From the NCBI GenBank assembly GCA_977016875.1, contig CDRNST010000104.1, positions 3,224,001-3,288,000 of the forward strand: 64,000 nucleotides of DNA. Direction: 5' to 3'. The notes below the pieces were generated by a model, which was given only the letters and a program-made list of their open reading frames with translations, did not search any database and was not told the DNA's origin. Below, piece by piece: positions 37,716 to 50,725 of this stretch. The translations under genes and the position numbers were made by a program. Within the stretch, counting starts at the first letter, position 1, and each line of letters starts with the position of its first letter. Source of the stretch: Pavona decussata. Taxonomy: Eukaryota.

Positions 37716-40700
37716 ACGTCGATCTGGAGAGTGTCTCCATTTATTCCTCGGCGTTGAATACACAATTTTATTTTGGCTGGTTAGGGATACGGAATGGAGG
37801 GAATTGGAAATGAACACTCCTTTGTAACAGGCCTTGTGAAACTCGACCTGATACATTATTTTTCTCTTCCTGGTGAAAATGTACACTGCTTGGGCCCTTC
37901 TAGTCTCGAAAAAGTTCCCTGAACGATGTTATTACTCCTTTGGGTATGATTTAATTTTGACAATGAGGTTTGCTGCTGAGGGATAAAATTCTTGAACGAA
38001 TCATGGAAACGGTAAGGCAAAGACGACCGGGTTACATTTTAAGGAGGCTCGAAAGGGCTTTTAGCCGTGTGCGCGCGTGTAAGCCACCCACGCCATAACT
38101 AAGGTGTACGCGTCAGCTGAATGAATCAAAATGTCTATCAAAAGTCGCGTGCACAACACCTGAAGTGGAAATGCAGCTTAAAATAGCAGGAACCGGAAAT
38201 AAAAGCTGCAAGAAACATTTGTTTTAATCTCGAAATTTTGCTTGTTAACCTATCTTCATTTTTTGCATGCATGCAACATTCAGTATGCTTCTTTAAATAG
38301 AAACGTTATCCAGTATAATTTTTTTTGGTGAAAAATGCCTTTTTTGATATAACACAATATCTACTGGATAACGTTTTGTCATATTGCCAGAGAAGTTAAA
38401 GAATTTAGGGTGATTTCCATCAAAGCTATAAAAACGGAAGGTCATCGATTTAGGTTTTTGAGGTATTTTGCAGAAACTGCAATTTAGAGGTCATTTGTGT
38501 GGAGTTCACTTCTTGCCATGGTAACCGCTATGATATTCGAACTAGCTTTAAAGTATAGGCTATTAACTGAGTTACAAAGACATTTATAGTTTGAACACAC
38601 GATCAGAAACAAGTTTTTGTAATCTTTCATCATTTCACAAACAAACTTGAGCGTCCTTAAGGAATTGCCTTTGAAGCAATTATTCCATATTATTAAGTGA
38701 ATGATAATGTTTTGTCTAACAGGTCAAACCGGAATCAACCTTACCCACGCCACTGGAACAAATAATTTAAATAATCCAACGCGAAATGGATGAACATATC
38801 TTAACTATCATGAGTGTTAAATTAATACGATGGTGCAATCCGATCCGTTTTACGGGATATTCAAGACTAACAACTGAACCAGGAACTCAACAGACTGTTC
38901 ATTCGCGTGGCAGGCTTTGGTTAGGAGAAATAAAACGCTAAAAAACGCTTATAGATACCCATCAGCATAATCAAACACGTGATCGTCCAATCTGTTAGTA
39001 TTGGCTGAACGTACTGAATACGTGCGCGCTGTGAATCGGCGTGAGTAAGAAAAGAAAGGGCCCAAATTGGATCACTAAGGTTGGTGAAACCCAATTTTCT
39101 GATTACCTTCAACGATTATAGCCGTTCACGCACGGCTATTTAAAAAAATAACACTGTATCTTATTTAAACTCATCGACAAGATGAGCTTGGGAGCTGGTG
39201 CCTAAAAGATGGAGGGGCCTATAGCGCGAAAGTGTAGCACTGCCTTGGAGGTAACCATGGCAACCAAGCGAGCGCCAACCACCCGGCACCGTCACACTGA
39301 ACGCATTCAGTGGAATACTTACCACAACCCATACCTATCTATCCAGGGGTGTGAGGAGTAGGAATAAAAACCAGCAGATATCACAGGCCGTGAATAGCAA
39401 TGAGCCGCAAAGATCGGCAAAGCAAAGCACAGCAAAGCAAAGCCGAGCTGAGATATGCAATCACATGAAAACCCCAGCAGACTCAGGGGCCATCCCACAC
39501 AAGCCTGCCTGCCTGGGGCTCAACCGCTGTTCCGCTAGCATTGTCTCGAGGTTAACCTTGCCTAAATTATATTTAGCCACATAAAATTTAAAACTGAGTG
39601 GATATAAAAGGTATGAGGACTGGCCTTTGGTATTTCAAAAGAAATGGAGAAAAATCCGCCATTTTTTCTATTGAGGTCGTTTTTAGGATCGAGTTTTTTG
39701 TCAATTCAAACTGCCTTCCCAATTTTCACGCACGGCAAATAGAAGACGGATCTTTTATTGGAAAAAGTCCTTTTTAACTTTGAAAATTGGTGAACAGGAA
39801 CCTTCCGCCTCTGTAGTTTAAAAACTACTTGTTGGAGTTGCGTTTGAAAATTTTGCCTGTTGGGTTGGAGAGCTACGGTTTTAAGCACACGAGTGATTAA
39901 CAATGGATGTCAAAACTAACACTACCCATTCAAGAAAACCACTTGACTGTAAAATATATACAATTTCCACGACATTTGAAAACCTGTCGCGCAATGAACA
40001 AGGAAAGCGAAAACGTCCGTCATCAGGAGCTCTTTTCAGAGCTCTTCGAAACCCTGATCTGGTATTCCCTTGGAGCAGAGGGCGTGCAGACCAATGAGAG
40101 TCACCCAGTTGACGCCTTACCGCTAAAGGATCTATAAGTTTTGCCATACTGTAAGTAAATATCCCAAGAACAATAGGGATTATGTGTGATGATTTTAAGT
40201 TGAGTGGCCAAAAAACGAACAAGCAAATTCTCGACCACAAGGTAACACCGTTTTTTATCATCATAATAAAACAATTGGCTTTGACAATTCCTTATGTAAG
40301 TAGTTCAGAACAGCATTTCCTTACATATGAGTTTATTTTTGTTGGTCAAATGACAAAACCAAAATATCCAATGGGATACAGCAAGAACCTGCGCTCCCAT
40401 TTAACTGAATAAAATGCGGCAAAACTGGGTATAAAAATGATGTTTAAATCGCGAAATGTGTAATTTAGACACATCCTTTATACGTGAGCTCTATGGAACT
40501 AGTTTATTTAGTGCTTGGTCGTATGACAGATACTATAATGTCTACTGAGTGGATACATCGAAAATTGGTGTGATGTTTGTGTTCGTATATCTACAGCTAT
40601 TGCAGTTGTAGTAAAGAAAGTTTCCACGACTGAGAGACTTTCGTTGTAAAATGTTTCCCTTTACTTCCCAGCGGAAAAGTATTTTTGGTAATAGTTTTCA

Positions 40701-41120
40701 CGAGAATGTATAATTAATTCTTGTCATAAGGGGGTGTGTTTTTGTGCTTCCCGCTCAGCAATTATAATACTACCACAAGCAACTGATTGTTCAATTTAGG
40801 TCATAAATTTGGTGACCAAAACTGTTGTTAAAATTATTTGTCTTAAAAAATACGTATCTACAGTTCTAAATGGTAGGCCGTAAAAGTTAATTTGTACCAT
40901 TACAAAGAAAGAGCTAGAAGAGTAGCGGAAGATTGAGGCTGATATCAAAGTTTTGTAATAAAAATATCCCGAGGTCTTGAAATGTTAATGAGGGATGGCT
41001 TATCATCAAGGAATTTTTTCATGGCTTTCTGGTTACAATTAAGACGTCACTGAATCAAGGCTAAGCTTTTCGCTCACAGCGCAGTTTAAAAAATTGCTCT
41101 AGATTCAGGCAGTTTACGAA

Positions 41121-42629
41121 ATGGAAAGTTCGTTGTTTTACACTTTTAAACTTGTTCTTTGCTTGCTTTGTACGACAACTGCCTTTTATGACAATACAGA
41201 AAACTTTTCAAAGGACGGAGGAAGATATCCACTCGAAATTGACCAAATATCAAATCTAATGCGGAGAGACGTCATAACACCTGAAAACAGCTTCGTTTTA
41301 AATGAACTTCAACTGGGGCAAGAAAATACCCGGGAAGAAAGAGACGAAATCAAAAACAAAGAAAATAGGAATCGTCAATACCAAAGGTTCAATAGCAGAA
41401 GGCGATGCTTTCTTGGTTACCCGTACGATTGTTCTACAGGATTTCTAGATCCCTTATTAGAATGGTCAAGTCAATTGGGATGGACACCAGGTCCTCTGTA
41501 TCCGGAGTACGGACCAAATTTTAATCGCGGTTGGATGGGGAGGGGAGTTCCGTTTGGATATAACCACTGTGGATGTGGGGGCCCATGGAGCGGACCAGGG
41601 TGTTGTTGTGGCTGCAGCAATAACGGCTGGTTTTGTAAGTCATGTTTTTATTTACGCATTCTTAAACGTACACTCATTTAGGAGTGTTCAATAGAACAAA
41701 GTGTTGTCAGGACTTATGCTGAAATCATGATACTTGCAATTTTTGTGAGAATTGAAGCAGCTGGAGATGTTTTTAATATCAAAACAATATATTCTGCCAG
41801 AACTGAAAGTTATGAAATTTCGAGATTTAGCTAACACAGTCGGAAACAGAAGATTTAGCTACTTTGCTGAGCCTTGTCTTAGCTAATTAAACTTGGCCGA
41901 TTACCTTGTCAGCAAACATCAAACCCTACCTCTGTTACATGACATTTAATTAAGTAAAAGTCAAAATTGAAATTTTCTATACATTCCCAATCTTTTAAAA
42001 TTTCACTAAAGGGACTATTCTACTCTTAATAGAAATGCCATAAAAGCATCCTTTATCCATTATAGATTTTTTCTGGAAAGCTCTAATGGGTTATTCAGGT
42101 TGTAGCCTGCAAACGAACTTCTCTCAGACCTGAGTTGAGGTAAAATCAAATATTTCTGAAGGTGTCTGCTTCTGAATACGTCTTACTTCGATTTTTGTTC
42201 CGTTCGCTTATAGGTGGTGGCGGTGGTGGTGGTGGAAACGCAGCGGTTAACGACTGTCCTCACAACGTTGCCATGAATAAGGCTTATTTCTCACCAAAGC
42301 GGCCCAAACAGGCTGGGCACTTACCACTATTCCAACCTTTCATGGGAAAGCAGTTTAAAGCTCCACCCAAAATGAAACTAGGCAAAACAAAAGATTTTCG
42401 GCGTGGATACAAGCGCTTCGATGTTCCTTACAGCACTGGTGCCCCTTATGGTGCGGCGCTGCCTCCTGCTTACGAATATCCCTGCGACCCAAGCTATGTC
42501 AATTGGCCGTGCCAAGCTCCGGCTCAACAAAGCTCAATTGCTGACCAAGTTGTAGGGAGTTTGTTTTTGTGGAAACCAAATGAAAATCCTCTGCCAAAGA
42601 AGCATTCGACAGTGAATTCCAAAAATTAA
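41121..42629 (+). CDS. Gene F: secreted Cys/Gly/Pro/Tyr-rich protein (~309 aa)
   Basis: Exon 1 is 41121-41634 (signal; SRRR|CFLGYPYDC..CCCGC..WF; donor T|GTAAGT). Exon 2 is 42214-42629 (ttatAG|GT GGT, in frame with ORF 42162-42629). Confidence 0.85.
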
Positions 42630-43403
42630 CACCGTTAAATCAGTTTGCCATGGCAAAACTCCCTTGATGCAAACGATCCATTTGAAACAGGAAGAACAGT
42701 ACCGTAATGCACGGATCAGAGGAAGGAGATTAATTAGTGAAGAAAACAAACCGGCTATCCATATTTTGCTTCGAGGTATATGCGATTAAAAAACATACAC
42801 TGTCCATGACTGAAAATTTTAAAACAGATATTTCAAGGAACAGTTAAAAACACTTTGTGTTTATTAATTAATATAAGGCTGCCAGCAGGAAATCATACTG
42901 TAACTCGGCGCACAAAAAAACACAGAACACTCAAACACTTAAACTTGCAACAGTATATGTATTAATCAATGCTCCGTCGTTATTCTTGTACGGTTAATGA
43001 AACCATCTCAGTGGTAATAAATAAAATTGGCGAAATGCTTATTGATTTAATGCTTGAGTCACAAACCATTAAAGCTGTAATCTTCAAACTTGACGGTTTT
43101 ATAGTGCGTAAAGTTATGATCCCTAAATAGCCACCATCTTGGATTTCTCAAAATCTGCAAACCATCGAAACAACCCAAAAAGAATCAAAGCAAGTAAAAG
43201 TAAATCAAAACAACACTCAATCGGGATAAAAATGTCAAATTATTTGTAAACGCCTTCATCAAAAAGCAAATAAACATATTAGAAAGTGCGAAAAACATGC
43301 GTCAGCTAAAATATGACTACAACGGAGAAACCCAAATTTTTCTGGCATGTCACATGTGTTGCATGACGTGTGTTGCAAGAAGATTGTAGTAAAGTAGAAA
43401 AAT

Positions 43404-43593
43404 AATGAGAATGACGTATTATTCTAGAAAGTGACGCAGGCATACTCGGAAAAAAGAACTCGAGTTTTCCTATCAGGAGTCGAACCTAAGACCTTTAATC
43501 GGAAGGGCTTAGGTTCGACTCCTGATAGGAGAACTCGGATTTCTTTTTTCCGAGTATGCCTGTGTCTTTTCTAGAATAATATATCATTCTCAT
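43404..43593. repeat. Hairpin made of two head-to-head SINE halves
   Basis: aggcatactcggaaaaaag..cctatcaggagtcgaacctaag / cttaggttcgactcctgatagg..ttttttccgagtatgcct. Confidence 0.8.
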
Positions 43594-44392
43594 TCATTCA
43601 CCAGGCTGGAAATATACCATCACGTTTATTTCATAGAAACATAATATGCAAAGCTTGAACAAGCGTTTTCTGCTCCTCCCTCCTTCACCATACTCAGTTT
43701 GATTTAAGTTAAGCTGAGCGAACTTTCGACGGAGAAAACGTTTTGCTACACATGACCTGAACTACCTAAATGTCTAGCACATAAAACCTTCAAATTAAAA
43801 ACGGCCAAGGCAAAACGTGTAGAATTTTTGAACATCTTAAAAGAAGAATATGTATAAGATATGCAAGGAGTTTGACTTCCTCCCATTAAAACGCAGTTTA
43901 TGAAAACTGCGGTCTTTACCACTAATTCTTAATCATCTCCTCTGTCTTATTTCAGTGCTTCTTCGAAGTACGCAACTCGTTCAAGGTTCAGTAGTAACAT
44001 TTAGCACCCACGTTTACATGCAATAAGGAGTTCTAGTTACGTAATTAGTCTTAAACCGGGCGCCAGCGTACCTCAGACTTGCTGAAGATATCGATGGCAA
44101 ACCTATAGAATGATCAATTATAGATTTCGTTTTGAAAATTGGGTGATCCGACTTTCAACGAGGTGACTTTATCCCAACTTTTTGCGCAACAAATTCATTT
44201 AACGATGATCAATCATACATAAATATCACATAATAATGTAGTGGATTTAAGACAGGCTAACGCAGAATTGACGGAGTCTTTTACAGAATCCTTTAAGAAA
44301 AAGTTTCCTTTAAAAAGTTTTGGCCATTCTGACTTAAAAAGTAGATTTCGCTCATTTCTTGTGTGTTCAGAAGCTTTCTTGTACTTATTACA

Positions 44393-44990
44393 AAAATTTT
44401 ACTCCAATATGTGGGACTCCCGTCATTGTTTCCGCATTCTCGATAGCAAAAAGTTACACACCATTTTATTGGCCACGTAAGGGCAGACACGGAGCACTTG
44501 CTCGATTCCTTGGTACCTTAACACGCTCCAGGAGAGACGCTGTGATCGGTGCTTAAAAAGATTAATTAAAACAAAGTCTCCGTAAAAACGTTCTAGTCAT
44601 TCTGACTTGAAAAATAGATTTTGTTTATTTTAAGTGTCTGCTGGTTTCAAGAGATTTAAACATCGACATAAACTCTGAAAGAATCCGATCAAGGCGAGGT
44701 CATCCGGATTGTAGTTTTGGGATAATTACATGAAAATCTGTGCACACACTAGAAATAAACGAAATCTATTTTTCAAGTCAGAATGACCAAAGCATTTTAC
44801 GGAGACTTTGTCTTAATTAATCATTTTAAACACCTGTGACAGCGTCTCTCCTGGAGCGTGTTAAGGTACCAAGGAATCGAGCAAGTGCTCCGTGTCTACC
44901 TTTAAGTGGCCAATAAAAGGGGGTGTAACTTTTTGCTATCGAGATTGCGGAAACTATGACAGGAATCCCACATATTGGAGGAAAACTTTT
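44393..44990. repeat. Long inverted repeat (~235-bp arms) just upstream of gene G
   Basis: 44402-44632 is the reverse complement of 44753-44980; for example acacggagcacttgctcgattccttggtaccttaacacgctccaggagagacgctgt is perfectly inverted. Confidence 0.9.
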
Positions 44991-45215
44991 GCTCTCAAAA
45001 ATCACTCAAGTAGAAATGAATTTCCCCTTTCCTTTTCATGTCCATTCTATATCCATCTTTGAGGAGAAATGAAATTGTTTATGTGCCTGTTTCTGTAAAA
45101 TCAAGGAAACGCTGCCAATTTGTAATAAGATGCAGGCCAGCTTTGAAATAGTACACTTAAATGATGTCATAACTATAACAAAGAACTCCTACAACAAAGC
45201 AAATTGCTGAAAACG

Positions 45216-46932
45216 ATGTGTCTTGGCAAGGTTTTGCTAGCGGCTTCTTATTTCTTAATCCTGCTTACTGACTCGAACTCGTTACAGGAAAAGATAGGTA
45301 AAGATGCAGAAATTCAGGAGTTGGGTGACGACATAACTTTGTACCATAGAAATTTTGGTTTGAAATTCGAGACGTTTTGGCCTCAGAGACGTAAGGCTAA
45401 AATAGAAACTAGACGTTTTTGGACTAAAAGACGCCCTGCCTTCAAATCTCGTTGCTCATCATCGAAACGATGTTTTCCCAACATGCCGTACAGTTATGAC
45501 TCTCCCTGGCCATATTCCCATCATATCCACCATATCGGATTGTGGCCAACATCTCCTTATGGTTTGTGGCCGCAGGACATTTGGAAAAACGAGTACGGTT
45601 ATCCGTTTGGAGGAGGCTATGTTGGACATGGATGGGGATATGGAGGATGGAATTATCCCTTTTCGCCCTCCTCATGTTGTCAGTGCTCATGTGGACATTG
45701 GTGTAGTAAGTATTATAAAGTGATATAGTGATATAGCAGGGTGATCGGTGATTTCGAATCAGTAATTTAGGCAGTGCTGTTGACGAGCGAGGGGGTACTA
45801 AGAAGCATATAAGAGTTGATTGGTCAGATACAAGTTCGTTTATTTCGGCTTTTGTTTAAAGTAAATCATTTTCAGCCTATAGGTTGTACTCTTTTCTTTT
45901 GAGAGGACGAGGAGGTCTATCTAACATGCACTTAAGGTGAAGTAAGGGTTGCTAACATGAAATAATAGGTACCTGTTTTATATTAAGGACGTTTGTTCAG
46001 ATTTATGATCAATTTTGAAATATAAAATACTCATGCTGTCCTGTTTGTTTAAGTCAGTGAATCGAATATTTCAATTACTTTATTTTGAAAGCCTTACGCT
46101 TGGGATGTTTCTTAACAAAGTGGTGGAAGTTGCCTTTTAATCCTTGTATAGCTTTTGTGTTAGGTTCGGTGAGTTAAAATGTTATCTTTCTACCCTTGAT
46201 TACCTAAATAAATAAGCAAACAACTCTTTGCTGTGTTAAAATAAAGATTGCGGTGGAGAGAAGAGTGGAGCAGCGTCCCCAGGTGCGCAAACCCCAGGGC
46301 CCGCGGAAGGACCTCCAGGTTCTAATCCATCAGGGGAAACAGAAACCTCCACTCAAGCTCCATCCGCACAACCCACTTCAGCAGCTCCTAGCTCGCAAGG
46401 GGCATCAACCTCCAACCCATCAGGAGCAACCAGCCCTGCTGGAGGGAATCAACCAACACTAGCTACTTTAGCACCAGCAATGCCACCCACTACAGCAGCT
46501 GGCGCCCAAGCTCCATCCACACAGCCCACTTCAGCAGCTCCTACCTCGCAAGGGTCATCAGGAGCAACTAGCCCTGGTGGAGGGAGTCAAACAACACTAG
46601 CCACTTTAGCACCATTAGGTCCACCCACTACAGCAGCTGGCGCCCAAGCTCCATCCACACAGCCCACTTCAGCAGCTCCTACCTCGCAGGGGTCATCAGG
46701 AGCAACTAGCCCTGGTGGAGGGAGTCAAACAACACTAGCTACTTTAGCACCATTAGGCCCACCCACTACAGCAGCTGGCACAACAAAGTCACTCCCAACT
46801 TCTAGCCCCCAGGAGGCGACAAGCCCAACCGGTGCGAATCAGCCCTCCAAGGGTGTACAAGCTACTACTAATGCAGCAACTACACAGCCCGTTACAATGG
46901 CTACCTTAAAACCACTACGCAAAATTGTGTAG
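45216..46932 (+). CDS. Gene G: secreted Trp/Tyr/Gly/Cys-rich protein with mucin-like Pro/Thr/Ser tail
   Basis: Exon 1 is 45216-45705 (signal MCLGKVLLAASYFLILLTDS; SKR|CFPNMPY..CCQCSCGHWC; donor A|GTAAGT). Exon 2 is 46247-46932, open and in frame with ORF 46480-46932. AATAAA at 46998. Confidence 0.85.
46351..46779 (+). repeat. Coding tandem repeat, 138-bp (46-aa) PTS-rich unit, ~3 copies
   Basis: ccacccactacagcagctgg recurs at 46483, 46621 and 46759. Confidence 0.9.
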
Positions 46933-48736
46933 GCGTATATTTTTATGTATATGTCCACGTATACATTCCCATTCTCTTTCCGACATTAAAAGTGTTCAAT
47001 AAATGAAAATTGTTTTGGGTATATGCAGGGTTTTACAATATTTACCCACTTATTTATTCACTTAATCCATTTCGAAATGAATTCGCTAGAAATTCGCTTT
47101 GATATATGTATTCGCTAATGAAATATTTATCCATTTTTAATCATTTTAAATACAACAAACAGACAAACATAAACTAAAACGTATATATACATATTAACAA
47201 ACGGCTTTTCAGTTTGAACGTTACAATGTTTTATGGACTCACAACGAAACGCCTCGCGTTCTTATTATATATTATCCTCTTTGTAATTGCTTTCGGAAAA
47301 TTGTTCGCCGGTTTTGTAATCGCTTTCGGGAAATTTGCTCGATCTCAAAATTATTTGCACCAAAGGATTTATGTTTTTTCTCTGCGTGGAAAACTAACGA
47401 GAGGGTTAGCATTCTGGACTTTATTTCCAGCAATCGAAGTTCGTTTTGGATGTTCTCTTAATAGTCCTGCCACAATGACAGTACACTTGTAGAACAAAAG
47501 CGGACGTGCTGCCGATTAAAACAAATATATGGGAAAGTAATACCTCTCTTTCGTTTTCTGTTGTTGCATTTTAAATATAAGTTTGTTAACTCCTTGTATT
47601 GGGTTATAGGTTGTTCAGTTTAAAAGGAAGAATTTCAAAACCGTATAGCTTATGGCGGTCCTTAATGAATACTCATAAAACTAAGTAAGACATTTTTCGT
47701 TACACTTTTTGGTAACTAAACATAAGGCCATTTGAAAACTCATACCTTCCTCAATACTGAGATGCTTTCCAGCTGTAAAAGGAAAAAAAATTAGTGGGTT
47801 CACAGTAAAGAATCAAGTGCACTAGTTTTTGCCAAAAACAAGGGGTTCATACTAGGCACCAAAATTGCACTTGCGACTTATCGTCAACAACCGAGCGGAG
47901 AGGTTGAAAGGAACAAACTGTATTTCACACAAGGCAAAAGGTTGACGTGTTATCGGTGAAGGTGTATTTCTTTGAGAAATCCACAACGTTTCACAACCGT
48001 CATAACGAAAAGGTGGCGTTGCACTCTCTGTCAACTGTCATCCAGTGGTTTTGTTCGTAATTTGTATTGATGTAAAATCTATTAAAAACCTTAAATTTTG
48101 TTATTGTTGTCTTGACAGCCGAGCGCATGATACATTTTCGAATTACGAAAAATTTACGAAATGCTTACATCAAATTGTAGTCATCCTGTTGGGAATTTAC
48201 AGTTTCAGAAAACTCCATGTTCGGTCTACGCACTGTTAAGAAAAAAAAATAACTAAAAAACCCGCAAACCCACGAGCACTTTCCGCCAAATCCCGCCATC
48301 AGGATATTTTGGGTGAGGAATGACTGACAATCAAGTAATTGGCTTATCATGCTCTGATTGGACAAGTGCGTTGGTAAGAAAGGTTTCAGCCTCACTTGAG
48401 ACCGCACTTCGGCTCTTTGAAGTTTCGGCGTTTCCTCAGGGCAACTAAGTGTGATCAGCCAGGTGAATCGACACCCATTCACACTCAATACCCTTGACGT
48501 GCACTTCAAATGCCTTTGAAGTGCCTAAAGTGAACTCACCACATAAATGATGTCTTTTAAATTATCCGTTTGTTCAAGACGCATGACCGCTCGCACTTTT
48601 CAGCTGAAACTCGCAAAAGCGATGAGTTGCATTACCCTCATTAAATTTCGGTTCACTCGTGCAACTTCACATCTTTTGTTTGAGTTCCTTGTTATTTGCT
48701 CTACTATTTCAAACTAGATTTTACTTATTTCTTCAG

Positions 48737-49128
48737 CTTTAAGTGAAATCCTTTTCGATACAAACTCAGGGAACGCTAGCCACTACTCATGCGAGAACCA
48801 TTCAACCCTCCACCGGAGCTTCTTCAACGCCTACAACCTCTTGCGTACAAGTGACATCAGTGGAAGCAAGCCTACCATGGGCGCACAAGCCGCTACTCGA
48901 ATGCCGCCGACACAACCTACTACAGCAGCTGCCACAACCCAAACGCAGCCCGATGTTCATTTCCCTAGGGTCGACCAGTCCTACTCAGAGAAAACAAAGT
49001 ACTGGTCAGGGGACAACCACGCAACCACATCGAAAGTACCGACAACGTATGTTTCCTTAGGCACACCCAGTCCTACTCTCTTCCGCTCCTATCCACGCAA
49101 GCCATGCAAGTCAGAAACTGTCAACTAA
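48737..49128 (+). pseudogene. Diverged copy of the gene G mucin-like exon (pseudo-exon or alternative last exon)
   Basis: Acceptor ttcttcAG at 48736. actacagcagctgccacaacc matches the gene G tail. The Thr-rich character alternates between two reading frames. Confidence 0.5.
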
Positions 49129-49860
49129 ATCCTTACAAACTAACCCAAACTTGATTTTTGTCGAACGATTGGAAATAAGATAATATTGAGCAAAACATTT
49201 CAGGAAAGGATTAATGATCGGAACTTTACGGGCTTGCATTCAGTTAAGTCACCGAAGAGTGTTTAAGTTACTTATTACACCCATTTTGAAATCACCGGTG
49301 ATCGTTGCAATCTGATTGGCTCTCAACAGTGCGATTTATTCCCAAATTGCACCATTTTTTGCTCTAAATCGCATCCTTTCTTTAGTCTGTCAAAATGGAA
49401 ATGAAGTAACAAAATAGAATATTAATATTGACAATAAAACTCTGTGATTTCAAAATAGGTGTAATAAAGTGGTAATTGAACATTTTGTCGTGCAATTTTG
49501 GTCTGAAATCATACTTTTGATTTCAAATAAAACTCGCACTGCGCGCTCGTTCGATTTTGACATCACGCGTATGATTTCAGACAAAATTGCACTCCACTCA
49601 GTTCAATTACCATTATAAATCGTTTCGTGAAAAAGTCTTCGGTCTTTTGAGAGCAATGAATTAAGAAAATTTCCTAAAGGAAATAAAGCTAACTTATAAA
49701 AGCACCTTCGAGTCCTCTATCATCACCAAGGTAACGTTTTGCTCATTTAAGTTACTTAATGATAATATTTGTTCAGCCACGCAGTTTTAGGCATGCGCAG
49801 TTTACCACTCTGCACTCGAGTCAGTATAGATCCGAAGTGTACGAATCAGGTTGAGGCTTA

Positions 49861-50047
49861 AAGGGTGCGTTTCTTTGGGAAAATCCGCATCCAGATTTTT
49901 GATCCAAGATCACTCGGATCATGGTGTATCAAAGGAAGCGACGAACACACTCTGGGTAATGATTCGTCGGTTCCTTTGATGCACCATGATCCGAGTAATC
50001 TTAGATAAAAAATCCGGATTCGGATTTTCCCAAAGAAACGCACCCTT
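49861..50047. mobile_element. Palindromic MITE
   Basis: TIRs aagggtgcgtttctttgggaaaatccg / cggattttcccaaagaaacgcaccctt. Confidence 0.8.
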
Positions 50048-50725
50048 AATGCATAGTTCCACTACATATACGTCTTCTTTAAAATCACGTCCAGCAAGGT
50101 GTTCACACAGCACAGCCTGTACAGATCGAACGTAAACGGGTACAAGCAATGAACCTCGCAGGGCCCTATATAAGGAGGCTAGGATAACAGAAACTTTGTG
50201 GAAAAAATTGTTACGCATTGAAAAAAGGATCTGAGCGGTTCAATGCGAAAATAATCTTTGATTTTCTTTGTTGCTATTAGACTAGTGAAAATAGTAAAAG
50301 ATACTGCAGGTATTACATGTTACCATAGTTACAATTCAACAATGTTTGTCTTAGAACCAGTTAAGGTGAGAGTTTTGGCGTAATTACCAGCACAAAAAAT
50401 TGTTAAGGTTAACACGGCAAGTCAATGAATGTTTCAAGTAACCGAGTGACCGCGAAGTCGTGAGTGTGTTTGCAATAACATGTACAAGAAGTCGATTTCG
50501 CTTCCAAATCAAAACCACGTTATGATAGAGAAAACTAAAGTGAGATACTTTGCAAATCGCCAACAATAAATGAAACACATCTGGTATTCTACAAGAAGTT
50601 TAAAGGTTGACTCACCTATGATGTAATACCTGGCAATTTGGCTGTGATTAGACAATTGAAAGCAAGCGACTTTAACGTTATATCAGAAACCTTGTAATCA
50701 GAACATATACAAAACAGAAAGAGCC

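Larger units (their letters stand above)
28399..41165 (+). repeat. Tandem segmental duplication, unit ~6.3-6.5 kb (28399-34653 vs 34654-41151)
   Basis: Colinear homology: D/E exons and introns, 29.7-31.8 kb vs 35.9-37.3 kb, 32375-32475 vs 38659-38805, and 33810-34660 vs 40345-41160. Confidence 0.85.

Noticed and set aside
46351-46779. Regular repeats as a possible CRISPR array
   Set aside because: They are contiguous coding tandem units without unique spacers, in a eukaryotic context.
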